From contig CAYYZD010000002.1 in NCBI GenBank assembly GCA_964476035.1, forward strand, positions 1 to 30,596: a DNA stretch of 30,596 bases, in the 5' to 3' direction. The notes under the pieces were generated by a model. The model did not search any database, had not been told where the DNA came from, and worked only from the letters and a program-made list of their open reading frames with translations. The translations under genes were made by a program, and so were the position numbers. Below are positions 17,600 to 26,707 of the stretch, in pieces; position 1 is the first letter of the stretch; each line of letters opens with the position of its first letter. Source of the stretch: an uncultured archaeon. GTDB taxonomy: Archaea > Asgardarchaeota > Baldrarchaeia > Baldrarchaeales > DXJG01.

Positions 17600-18730
17600 A
17601 TGAAAGAAAAAACATGAAAGATAGGGTTTATCGTCAATCCCATAGCCGGAATGGGCGGAGTTGTGGGCTTAAAAGGTACGGATGAGGAAGTTATTTTGAA
17701 AAAAGCCCTAAAATTAGGGGCAAAACCAGTTGCTCCCAAAAGAGCAGAGGAAGCCCTAAAAAATCTATTGCCATTAAAAGAACACTTAGAATTAATTACT
17801 TACCCCCATAATATGGGTCAGGACGAAGCAGTTAGTGTCGGGTTTTCACCCATGGTAATCGGAAATATAACTCCAGGAAAAACATCGGCAAAAAGATACC
17901 AAGCAAGCAGCAAGAGAAATGAAGAAACTTAAAGTAGATTTGATTGTTCTTTGCGGCGGCTGCGGCGGCGACGGAACTGCTTGTGACATTTACGAGGCTA
18001 TTGGTGATAGCGTCCCTTTTATTGGCGTTCCAGCAGGAGTAAAAATGCATAGTGCAGTTTTTGCAGTAAACCCGAAAGCTGCAGCAGAAGTTGTAATCAA
18101 ATTTTTAACTGAGGGACTTCCTTTAAGGCAGGCAGAAGTTATGGATATAGATGAAGATGCTTTTAGAACTGGTGTACTTTCTGCAAAGCTGAAAGGTTAT
18201 CTTCTAGTCCCGTATGAACCTGAACTTATGCAAGGTGTAAAGACATCTAGCCCCTTAACGGCAAATGAAGAGGAAAATAAGATGGCCACAGCAAGATACA
18301 TTGTTGAAAATATGGATCCTGAAATATTTTACATTTTGGGTCCTGGTACAACTACTAAGGTCATTGCGGACCTTCTAGGCGTTAAAAAATCTTACTTGGC
18401 GTTGACATTATAAAAAACGGGAAAATAATTGCTAGAGATGTTGGAGAAAAGAAAATCTTAGAGGTAATAAGAGGTAAAAAAGCTAAAATTATTGTAACAC
18501 CCATTGGAAATCAGGGCTTCATCTTTGGTAGAGGGAATCAGCAAATAAGTCCCAAGGTCATTAGAGAAGTCGGCATCAAGAATGTTATTGTTATAGCGAC
18601 ACGGTATAAGCTTTCTACAATAAAATATTTGAGAGTTGATACCGGTGATGAAAGTTTAGATGAAGAATTAAGAGGATATACCCGTGTGATTGTTGATTAT
18701 AATGAAGAAAAAGTTGTTAAAGTAGTTTAA
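17600..18730 (+). pseudogene. ATP-NAD kinase / AcoX-like (COG3199) gene with several disruptions
   Basis: IGFIVNPIAGMGG.VGLKGTD, GGDGT, GVPAGVKMHS, GPGTTT and GQGF-like NQGFIFGRGNQQISP motifs spread over three segments. TGA at 17615-17617 (or an extra A after ATG 17614), +1 in the A-run 17890-17894, -1 near 18390. Confidence 0.85.
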
Positions 18731-18732
18731 AG

Positions 18733-19158
18733 CTATTCTTCTTCAAGTTTCTTTTTTAGATATTCGGCGTATTCTTTCGCTGTCATGAGATTTTTAAGGT
18801 CGTTTTCCAGGTCTGTTGGTTCTACAACGATCATCCAACCATTCCCGTAGGGATCATCCTCTACTATTTGCGGCATGTCTTCCAGTTCGGTGTTAACTTC
18901 AAGTACTTTGCCAGATACTGGAGAATAGAGATCTTCTGTAGCTTTTTCGGATTCTATCTCTCCGAATGGTTGGTTAAACTTTACTTCATCGCCCGCACTA
19001 ACTTCGAAACCAATGTAAGTTATGTTACCTAGCTGTTTTCTAGCATAATCCGTAATTCCCACTCTAACCTTCCCGTTCTCCTTTTTTAACCATTCGTGAG
19101 TATCGCTATAATATAAATCTTCAGGAATTTCATAGTCGTTTACTTTTATCTCTATCAC
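18733..19158 (-). CDS. gcvH: Glycine cleavage system H protein (start ambiguous: ATG 19191 or GTG 19158)
   Basis: YSDTHEW, RVGITDYA..QLG, EIESEKA lipoyl-Lys motif, DPYGNGW. Confidence 0.95.
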   Translation of the reverse strand: MIEIKVNDYEIPEDLYYSDTHEWLKKENGKVRVGITDYARKQLGNITYIGFEVSAGDEVKFNQPFGEIESEKATEDLYSPVSGKVLEVNTELEDMPQIVEDDPYGNGWMIVVEPTDLENDLKNLMTAKEYAEYLKKKLEEE

Positions 19159-19162
19159 CCTC

Positions 19163-20311
19163 CTACGTATCTTTTTTTCTATTATAGCCATATCTTTCTA
19201 TATCGTAAAAGGGCCATTTAACTATTTTTGCATCCACAAGTTTACCCCTAATATTTATTTTAACGGCCTCGTTCACCTGTGCATATTCAGAATTTATAAG
19301 CCCAAACCCTATCCCTCTTTCAAGTATTGGTGAAAAAGCGCCACTTGTAACATATCCGATCTTTTCATGATCTTTCAGTATTTCGTAGCCATGTCTCGGG
19401 ACCCTACGTCCAGAGAGTTTTAGTCCCACCCTCTTCCTCTTTACACCTTCTTCTTTCTGTTTTAATAACGCACTTCGCCCAATGAAGTCTCCCTTCTTAA
19501 ATTTTACAACAAACCTCAGTCCAGCTTCAAGTGGAGAAATCGTCTCATTGATATCGTTCCCGTATAAAACCATTCCAGCTTCAAGTCGTAGAGTGTCCCT
19601 TGCACCCAATCCACAGGGTTTAATTCCATGCTCCGTGCCAGCTTCCAAGATTTTCTCCCACAAATCAATTGCCTTTTCTTTTTCTGAGAATGGAACATTT
19701 AACATAATTATTTCAAAGCCGTCTTCTCCGGTATATCCAGATCTGGATACTATGGTATCATATCCTCCCAATTTTGTCAACATGCACCAATATCTCTTTA
19801 TCCCGCTAAGATCGTCGCTAGTAAGCTTCTCAAGCGTAGATTGAGCTTTTGGCCCTTGAACTGCAAACATACAGGTTACATCAGAAACATCCTCAATTTT
19901 AACATTAAAATTTTGTGATTTTTCCTTAAACCAATTGTTTATTTTTTCTCTATTCACAGCATTAACGACTACAACATATTTGTTATCTTCGATCTTAAAT
20001 AGGGTTATATCGTCTTTTATCCCACCTCTGTCATTACAAACAACGGAATATTGTCCCTGTCCAAGTTTTTTTAGCCTTTTAACATTGTTTGTAGTAACAT
20101 ATTGTAGAAAGTCTTCTGCATCACTTCCGCTAACCATAAAACGCCCCATATGCGTTACGTCGAAAATTCCCACATTTTCCCGAACAGCTAAATGTTCTTT
20201 AATTATTCCACCTGTATCCTCATACCAGAGGGGCATGCACCAACCAACAAATTCAACCATCTTCGCCCTTTTTTTATGCCACTCATACAAGTGAGTTTTA
20301 TGAAGATCCAT
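19163..20311 (-). CDS. gcvT: Glycine cleavage system aminomethyltransferase T
   Basis: KTHLYEWH, EHLAVR..VGIFDVTHMG, SRSGYTGEDGFE, GLGARDTLRLEAG. Confidence 0.96.
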   Translation of the reverse strand: MDLHKTHLYEWHKKRAKMVEFVGWCMPLWYEDTGGIIKEHLAVRENVGIFDVTHMGRFMVSGSDAEDFLQYVTTNNVKRLKKLGQGQYSVVCNDRGGIKDDITLFKIEDNKYVVVVNAVNREKINNWFKEKSQNFNVKIEDVSDVTCMFAVQGPKAQSTLEKLTSDDLSGIKRYWCMLTKLGGYDTIVSRSGYTGEDGFEIIMLNVPFSEKEKAIDLWEKILEAGTEHGIKPCGLGARDTLRLEAGMVLYGNDINETISPLEAGLRFVVKFKKGDFIGRSALLKQKEEGVKRKRVGLKLSGRRVPRHGYEILKDHEKIGYVTSGAFSPILERGIGFGLINSEYAQVNEAVKINIRGKLVDAKIVKWPFYDIERYGYNRKKDT

Positions 20312-20512
20312 GACATGTCACCAATTTAAATTTGTTATCATTTACACTTAACAACATTTTTAAAATTTTCATCGTGAAGAAAACAAAACGGTCAAATATC
20401 TCGATGGACTAAATTAACTCCGTATCCGTTAAGTATGTTAAATCTGCAATGCTTTAAATCTCCAGTAAATACTGTAAATTACTGAATGTGGTTTGTTTTA
20501 AAGTGATGAAAT

Positions 20513-21742
20513 ATGAAAATACGAGGGGAAATCGCTAATATTCCAGTAGGCGATGATTATGATGTAGTCGTTGTAGGAGTTATAAATGTTAGTCCTGAGT
20601 CGTTCTATAAGGGTTCTATTGTTAAATCGAAAAAAGAAATAGAAGAAAAAGCACTAGAAATGGTTGAAGAAGGAGCCAAAATATTAGATGTAGGTGCAAT
20701 GTCCACCGCTCCAGGGGTTCCTCCCATATCTCTGAAGGAAGAAAAGAAACGTATGCTTTTTGCTATGAAAGCATTGCGAGATATCATTGATGTACCGATA
20801 AGTGCCGATACGTTTAGGGCGGAAGTTGCAAATGTTGCATTAAAGGAGGGGGCTGAGATCATAAATGATGTTAGTGGCTTAAAGGCCGACAAGAAGATGG
20901 CTAAAATAATTTCAGAGTACGATGCGTCAGTTATTGTTATGGCTGCTGAAAAACGCCCAGGAGATGTAGGAAAAATTTTGAAAATAAAACATGCACTTAG
21001 ACAAAGTTTACAAATCGCAAAAAGCAGTGGCATTTCTGAGGAGAAAATTGCTGTAGATCCCGGAATCGGCTTCGGGAAAAAGGTTACGGAGGACCTTCAT
21101 ATACTTAGAAATTTAAATAGGTTGAGAAGTCTTTGCAGACCTATTTTAGTAGGAGTTTCAAGAAAGTCTTTTATAGGGAAAATCCTTAATCTGAAAGATC
21201 CGAGGGAAAGACTAATTGGTAGTCTAGCGGCAACAGCTATCGCAGTATACAACGGCGCCCACTTAATAAGGACTCATGATGTTAGAGAAACTCTGCAAGC
21301 TGTTAAAATAGCTGAATCAATCAGGAGAAATGTTTTAAGCTTAGATGCGGATGGAATAAAAGTTACACTATTATACACTTCCAGCTATTTCGGCGACCTA
21401 GAAGATTTATTTGTTAAGATAGGTGTTGACAGATGGGCATTGAACATATTCAATCAAAAATCGATATATCTTGCTGTACTTGTTGAAAACATTAGTACTC
21501 CAGCTGCATTAATTATTAAACAGGAAATGTTAGCATGTGGCGGTGACGCTGCTCTGCCCAAGGAAATGATAGATTTCCATTTAAAGAAAGGATCTATCAT
21601 TATTTTTGGAACTTATGCCCAATATAGGAAATTAGTAAAAAAAATTAGAAAAATGCCTTTCCATCTTTCTGTTGTTGCAAAACTTTTGAAAAGGATATTA
21701 GGAGTGTGTAAGGAAAATGACTATGACTCTTATACCCATTAA
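20513..21742 (+). CDS. folP: Dihydropteroate synthase with extra ~130-aa C-terminal domain
   Basis: GVINVSPESF, GAKILDVGAMST.PG, ISADT, INDVSG, DPGIGFGK, GVSRKSFIG, RTHDV. Confidence 0.9.
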   Translation: MKIRGEIANIPVGDDYDVVVVGVINVSPESFYKGSIVKSKKEIEEKALEMVEEGAKILDVGAMSTAPGVPPISLKEEKKRMLFAMKALRDIIDVPISADTFRAEVANVALKEGAEIINDVSGLKADKKMAKIISEYDASVIVMAAEKRPGDVGKILKIKHALRQSLQIAKSSGISEEKIAVDPGIGFGKKVTEDLHILRNLNRLRSLCRPILVGVSRKSFIGKILNLKDPRERLIGSLAATAIAVYNGAHLIRTHDVRETLQAVKIAESIRRNVLSLDADGIKVTLLYTSSYFGDLEDLFVKIGVDRWALNIFNQKSIYLAVLVENISTPAALIIKQEMLACGGDAALPKEMIDFHLKKGSIIIFGTYAQYRKLVKKIRKMPFHLSVVAKLLKRILGVCKENDYDSYTH

Positions 21743-22508
21743 GACTAGGATGATTACTCCAGGTGACGATATAGTTGAAGTGGTACTCAAGTCCCTAAAG
21801 AAAGTAGGTGGGAGAATTAAAAATAGAGATATACTAGTTTTGGCTGAAACTGCTGTTGCAACAGCCGAAGGGAGAATCATCGAACTAAATAAAATAAAAC
21901 CTAGTTCTGAAGCATTAAAACTATCAAAAATGTATGATATTGTTCCAGAACTGGCTGAATTGATTTTGCGAGAAGCTGATGAAATTCTGGGTGGTGTTCC
22001 CCACGTTGTTCTCACTTTAAAGAATGGTGTTTTGATTGCTAATGCTGGTATTGATAAATCTAATGCCCCACCGGGCTGTGTTGTACTACTTCCCCAGAAT
22101 CCTATGAAAACCGCTCAGGAAATTAGAAAGAAAGTTTTTGAAAAGACCGGGAAGAAAATTGGTGTTATAATTGCTGACAGTAGAACTCAACCTTTGAGAC
22201 TTGGAACCATAGGTGTCGCTTTAGGTGTTGCTGGTTTTATTCCAGTATCTGATGAACGAGGAAAATTGGATATCTTTGGAAAACCTCTAATGATAACGAG
22301 ACGAGCAATAGCTGATAATCTGGCATCAGCTGCGGAAGTTTTAATGGGTGAAGCAGGGGAGATGGTACCAGCAGTCTTGATCAGAGGTGCACCTGTTGCA
22401 TTCACCGATTGCCCCATTAACCTTGAAAGTATGTTAATATCCCCAGAGGAATGTCTTTATATGTCCATCTTTAAAAACGTATTTAAAGACTTTAAGAATA
22501 AAAAATAA
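21717..22508 (+). CDS. cofE: CofE-family gamma-glutamyl ligase (F420:glutamate ligase or alternative folylglutamate synthase)
   Basis: ANAGIDKSN, IADS, GVALGVAG, D.RG..D.FG..L.IT..AIAD.LASAA...MGE..E..P..LIRG. Confidence 0.8.
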   Translation: MTMTLIPIKTRMITPGDDIVEVVLKSLKKVGGRIKNRDILVLAETAVATAEGRIIELNKIKPSSEALKLSKMYDIVPELAELILREADEILGGVPHVVLTLKNGVLIANAGIDKSNAPPGCVVLLPQNPMKTAQEIRKKVFEKTGKKIGVIIADSRTQPLRLGTIGVALGVAGFIPVSDERGKLDIFGKPLMITRRAIADNLASAAEVLMGEAGEMVPAVLIRGAPVAFTDCPINLESMLISPEECLYMSIFKNVFKDFKNKK

Positions 22509-22631
22509 TACTCTTTCCATTACTTGTATCAAATATTGTAGGCTTTATTAATGTCGCTCAACGCTTATGACGTGTAGTGATATTGACTGTTCCATAGAAG
22601 TTGCAGGAGTGAGGTGTAAAAGTAAAGCTAT

Positions 22632-23627
22632 CTACGGATCTCGAATACCCTCTTCAGCTATTATGAAAACAATTTCCCCTTCGGGTAGATATGGCGAATC
22701 AACAAGCCTACAAATTCTCCTATTATTTTTACTACGCCTTAAGTACAGTCTAGTTTGGGGCACGTGCGCTAATACGTGACCACCTACAGGTTCGGTAGGG
22801 TCTCCAAAAAACACATCAGGTCTAGCCATTACCTGATTTGTTACAAATACAGCTATATTTTCTATGTCCGCAATTCTCTGCAGAGTATGCAAATGCTTGT
22901 TTAATTTTTGTTGACGTTCCGCTAACATCTCTCTTCCTGGATATTCAGCTCTGAAATGGGACATTATTGAATCAATTATTAGAAGCTTTACATTTTGCTC
23001 AGATATTATTTCCTGTGCTTGCTGAGCTAATAACATTTGATGATCGGAATTATACGCTCTCGCAAAAATTATATTCTTTAATGCTTGTTTAGGATCCAAT
23101 CCCACAGCCTGGGCCATTTGATATATTCTTTCTGGTCTGAAAGTCCCTTCCGTATCTATGTAAATAGCCTTTCCCTCTAATCCTCCCTTTTCTGGAGGTA
23201 ACTGAACATTTACAGCTAGTTGATGCGCAAGTTGCGTTTTACCGGTTCTATATGCTCCAAATACTTCAGTTATGGCCTGAGTTTCCACTCCTCCGCCAAG
23301 TAATCTGTCTAGATTTTTTGAACAGGTAGTTATTTTCCCGACATACTGTCTTCGCTCGTAAATTTTATCTGCAGTTTCAAATCCGAATTCAAGAACTTGT
23401 CTTGCAGCTTCAATAATCTTTTGGGCTGTTGTCTGCCCGATATCCGCGGCGGCAGCAAGTTCAGATGGCGTTGCGACCGCAATCGAGGCTACGCTTTTAT
23501 ACCCTGCTTCACTTAGTTTCTTGGCTATGGATGGCCCAACTCCCGGCAGATCCATTATTTCTTTGACTCTTTTCTTTTCTTTAGAAATTTTGGACCCTCC
23601 ACTTATTTCTATTTTTATCGGTGTCAT
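22632..23627 (-). CDS. radA: DNA repair and recombination protein RadA
   Basis: N-terminal Hh[16 protein letters not shown] Walker [21 protein letters not shown]; no intein. Confidence 0.97.
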   Translation of the reverse strand: MTPIKIEISGGSKISKEKKRVKEIMDLPGVGPSIAKKLSEAGYKSVASIAVATPSELAAAADIGQTTAQKIIEAARQVLEFGFETADKIYERRQYVGKITTCSKNLDRLLGGGVETQAITEVFGAYRTGKTQLAHQLAVNVQLPPEKGGLEGKAIYIDTEGTFRPERIYQMAQAVGLDPKQALKNIIFARAYNSDHQMLLAQQAQEIISEQNVKLLIIDSIMSHFRAEYPGREMLAERQQKLNKHLHTLQRIADIENIAVFVTNQVMARPDVFFGDPTEPVGGHVLAHVPQTRLYLRRSKNNRRICRLVDSPYLPEGEIVFIIAEEGIRDP

Positions 23628-23654
23628 ATATGTTTATGAGTTTTTCTAATACAT

Positions 23655-23682
23655 TATGTGCTTAACCGTTTCGGTTCACATA
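23655..23682. promoter_or_regulatory. Imperfect inverted repeat TATGTG-ctt-AACCG-ttt-CGGTT-CACATA between divergent radA and OSTC-like genes
   Basis: 11 complementary pairs with a 3-nt bulge and a 3-nt loop, read directly from the sequence; function unknown. Confidence 0.35.
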
Positions 23683-23770
23683 GTTAATAGTTCAGCTGAA
23701 GATATTCTTATAAACTTAAAAAAATTGTATAGATGTATAGAGATTCATGGATTATTATGGAGGGTTTCGA

Positions 23771-24196
23771 TTGGTTCGTCTTTGGTGGCCGAAAATACTA
23801 AAGAAGCCTAGACTGCGTTTAGAGAAGCCTAGACTAAAAATACCTAGAAAAACACCATCACCAGATGCACTTTTTATACTTGCGATGTCATTTATTCTAT
23901 TTATACTTGGTGGAGGTATGTTTGTTGTTGTGAACTATGAATCTTTGCCAGAGGGGTTCATGGTCATAGGGGAATTAACTCGGCAAACTGTAATCGAGGG
24001 ATTAGTTGCTTTCACTTTCATGATAATTGGATTCATCGGGTTTATAGTGATTTATCAAAGTACAAAACACGTATACAGACCAAGTTATGCAAAAACTCTA
24101 CTCCTAATAGGAATCATACTGGCACTTGTAGGATATGTAGGCCTAAATTGGTTATTTTTTAAAAAGGCGCCCGGACTTCTTGGAAGACGAAGATAA
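23771..24196 (+). CDS. OST3/OST6-family, OSTC/DC2-like oligosaccharyltransferase accessory subunit (track start 23747; TTG 23771 has a GGAGG RBS)
   Basis: Three TM helices; LKKP...PS...F..GG, Q.VIEGL..F..IGF.GFI, C-terminal K.PG resemble eukaryotic OSTC as I recall it. Confidence 0.75.
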   Translation: MVRLWWPKILKKPRLRLEKPRLKIPRKTPSPDALFILAMSFILFILGGGMFVVVNYESLPEGFMVIGELTRQTVIEGLVAFTFMIIGFIGFIVIYQSTKHVYRPSYAKTLLLIGIILALVGYVGLNWLFFKKAPGLLGRRR

Positions 24197-24200
24197 CATA

Positions 24201-24761
24201 TTACCATGGTTCCCTTTTTAATTTTAGCATATAACCAATGATGTTTGCACTTAGATGAATTAAAGGCGTTATTATTAGAAGAATAGCTACATACTTTAGT
24301 TGTAAGGATCCTATAAGATTAGTGAATACTATGGCACCAAGAAGGAAATCTAATTGATCTAATAAAGGCGCAGGTGCTCCTCTTTTCAAGCCAAATCTCC
24401 TTTTAATAAATGAACCAATAAGGTCACCAAACATTGCTCCAAACGAAAGAAGAAAACCTCTTAAAACTGATGCTTGAATGAGAAAAACTTCATGAAAGCC
24501 TATGACATAATAAATTGAGACTACTTTCACGAGGTATGGCGACATAATTACTTGTACCAAGCTTGCCGCAACACCCGTAATAACGCCGCCTATAAAACCT
24601 CCGACAGTTTTCCCATCTCCAAATATTCGTTTTCCATCTATGAAAATTTTACCGAAGTCTATGGGAGGTCCCCCGCTGAATACAACAGCAAGAGCGTTTG
24701 CGATATATGCGGGTAAAATAAACCATAAGGCTAATAATACTTCGAGCCAGAGTGGTAACAT
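24201..24761 (-). CDS. carS: CDP-archaeol synthase (DUF46)
   Basis: LPAYIANA, PID.G...DG.RIFGDGKT, GDLIGSFIKRR.G..RG..AP.LDQLDF. Confidence 0.92.
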   Translation of the reverse strand: MLPLWLEVLLALWFILPAYIANALAVVFSGGPPIDFGKIFIDGKRIFGDGKTVGGFIGGVITGVAASLVQVIMSPYLVKVVSIYYVIGFHEVFLIQASVLRGFLLSFGAMFGDLIGSFIKRRFGLKRGAPAPLLDQLDFLLGAIVFTNLIGSLQLKYVAILLIITPLIHLSANIIGYMLKLKREPW

Positions 24762-24771
24762 TTCATCACCT

Positions 24772-25449
24772 CTACCTTAAGCCACTCGATGTTATAGAGA
24801 ATGATGTTGAGATCCCTAACGGTTTATTATAATGCTTCATTATCTCTGCTTTTCGCTTGATACCTTTTTCCCGAATAAATTTGACAACTATGCTAGCCCA
24901 CCAGTTTATAATATTAGATGCAACAGCCTCTAAATTTTCTTCCTCAAAGGAAGATCTAACTTGATTTGTCAGGAGAATTGCTACATTTTTCTTTTTAGCT
25001 GTCTTAAAAAGAAAAGCCATTTGCCGATTAAGTTCATGCTGCAAGACATGAGTATCTCTATATTCTAGTAATTCTGCCCGATATAACCCAGTTATCGTGT
25101 CAAAAACTACAAGACGAACACTTCTTTCACACATTTCGTCAAGAATATCGATTAAATCGGACTGTTCCGTAAAGGTGGAAGGGCGGAATATCATAATTCT
25201 TTCCATTACAGACTGAAAAGAGTGTTCAGAAACTTGTTTAAGTCTTTCGATAGAAAAAGAGCCTTCAGTATCTACAAAAATAGTCTTATAACTATTTAAA
25301 GCGGAATTAACAGCACATTGTAGAGCAAAGGTTGTTTTTCCGACACCTGCAGGACCATATATGTGAGTTATATGTCCAACTGGCAGTCCTCCGCATAATA
25401 GCTTGTCTAATTTCTTACAACCAGTCATCACTGATGTTAACATTTTCAT
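24772..25449 (-). CDS. radB: RadA paralogue RadB
   Basis: LCGGLPVGHITHIYGPAGVGKTT, FVDTEG.FS.ERL, LLTNQV; no N-terminal HhH domain. Confidence 0.88.
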   Translation of the reverse strand: MKMLTSVMTGCKKLDKLLCGGLPVGHITHIYGPAGVGKTTFALQCAVNSALNSYKTIFVDTEGSFSIERLKQVSEHSFQSVMERIMIFRPSTFTEQSDLIDILDEMCERSVRLVVFDTITGLYRAELLEYRDTHVLQHELNRQMAFLFKTAKKKNVAILLTNQVRSSFEEENLEAVASNIINWWASIVVKFIREKGIKRKAEIMKHYNKPLGISTSFSITSSGLR

Positions 25450-25545
25450 TTCCTCGTCTCAAATATTTTCAGTAAGAAATGGAAACAAATATATTTAACT
25501 GTAGAACCTATTATGGAATTCTGTAAAATGTGGAGCAGTGAAGAT

Positions 25546-26355
25546 ATGGCAAAGGTAGCAGTGGTAACAGAAAAGCCAAAAATTTTCCATTTAGTCTCAA
25601 AAAAACTTAAAGAACTTGGTATTCCATTTTACAGTCTGCTTCCCGTAGAAAAAATACCTCAAGATGTAGTTATAATTCTTACGAGTATAGAAGAGGTAGA
25701 AAAAATACAAAAAAATATTAATGCACATATTATAGCGACAAGCGCCAATATGGACGATATTAAAAAAGCAATTTTAAAGATGAAGGTTTTGCTAACTGGA
25801 TACAGAAGGAAAGCCCAGGTTGTAATAGGTATAGACCCCGGCGACATATATGGCGTTGTTGTGACCTTTGAGGGAAAAGTAATTGATACGGGTCTCTTTC
25901 ATTCACCCCACGAGGTTGCTAATTACATAAAACTTGTAGAAAATGCTTTACTATCGTTTTCAAAAGGTGAATTGATTATTAAAATCGGTAATGGCTCCCC
26001 TTTACATCAAAGATGGCTTTTTAGATACCTTAAGAACGCCCAATTACGTGCCAGTTATGAGATTGTTGATGAAACTTATACTACAATGACCAGGACTAAA
26101 TTCAGGAAAAGAGACATCACGGCTGCTATGCTTATATCAAAAAAGAAAGGAAGGATCATAGATCTCGATCAAACCGATATATCGTTAAAACCTGGAGAAA
26201 TAAAACATATTCAAGCAAGAAGCAGAGTATTATCTAATGGAAAGATAACAATAAGCTGGAATCTTGCAGAGAAGGTAGCTAAGGGGGAAATATCGTTAAA
26301 AAAGGCTGTGAAGATTATGGAAGACCGCATGAAACCTGGAGGTAAAAATGTCTGA
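25546..26355 (+). CDS. Conserved hypothetical protein with RNase H-like (YqgF/RuvC-type) motifs (track start 25513)
   Basis: VVIGIDPG, IVDETYTT, RDITAAMLI motifs. Confidence 0.65.
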   Translation: MAKVAVVTEKPKIFHLVSKKLKELGIPFYSLLPVEKIPQDVVIILTSIEEVEKIQKNINAHIIATSANMDDIKKAILKMKVLLTGYRRKAQVVIGIDPGDIYGVVVTFEGKVIDTGLFHSPHEVANYIKLVENALLSFSKGELIIKIGNGSPLHQRWLFRYLKNAQLRASYEIVDETYTTMTRTKFRKRDITAAMLISKKKGRIIDLDQTDISLKPGEIKHIQARSRVLSNGKITISWNLAEKVAKGEISLKKAVKIMEDRMKPGGKNV

Positions 26356-26707
26356 GATTATTTTTGAAGAGAAAATAGAAGAAAGGGGTTATAAGATTTC
26401 CATATTGGGTATAAAACTCACCAATGGAATAATAGTAGTTGTTACAGATACCACATACAAAATTGGAACAATTGCGCTTGCAACTCCCTCAAGGATCCCT
26501 GAAGTAGGGAAAAGAGCAATTTCGTCACTGCTTACAGCCTTCGACATGACGAAAGAAGCAGTTACACGCGCTATTGCAGAAAGATTAGCTAGTGAACTTA
26601 ATACGGTCGTTCTAGCCATAGTTAACATAAGAGAAAAGAACTTAGATCGATACAAAACTATAGTTAAGGGTATCAACAATTTAATCAAGAAAATCAAGGG
26701 ACAGTGA
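26348..26707 (+). CDS. Proteasome assembly chaperone 4 (PAC4/Pba4)-fold protein, possible LpdD-like prFMN chaperone
   Basis: Beta-rich N-half with KIGTIALATP, then AIAERLASELNTVVLAIVNI resembling the PAC4 'la.rLark....vfvs.n' helix; stop overlaps the ubiX GTG. Confidence 0.55.
   Translation: MSEIIFEEKIEERGYKISILGIKLTNGIIVVVTDTTYKIGTIALATPSRIPEVGKRAISSLLTAFDMTKEAVTRAIAERLASELNTVVLAIVNIREKNLDRYKTIVKGINNLIKKIKGQ

Noticed and set aside
17615-17617. In-frame TGA in the kinase gene as selenocysteine
   Set aside because: It lies at the extreme N-terminus, not at a Cys-equivalent position, and the gene has two further frameshifts.
20311-20354. Perfect palindrome TGACATGTCA (20311-20320) and TTGTTA-N11-TAACAA (20332-20354) in the gcvT/folP spacer
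   Set aside because: Short, AT-rich, and the first overlaps the RBS and start; not distinguishable from chance without comparative data.
22632-23627. Intein in RadA or other replication proteins
   Set aside because: Lengths are canonical and there are no intein splice motifs or homing endonuclease inserts.
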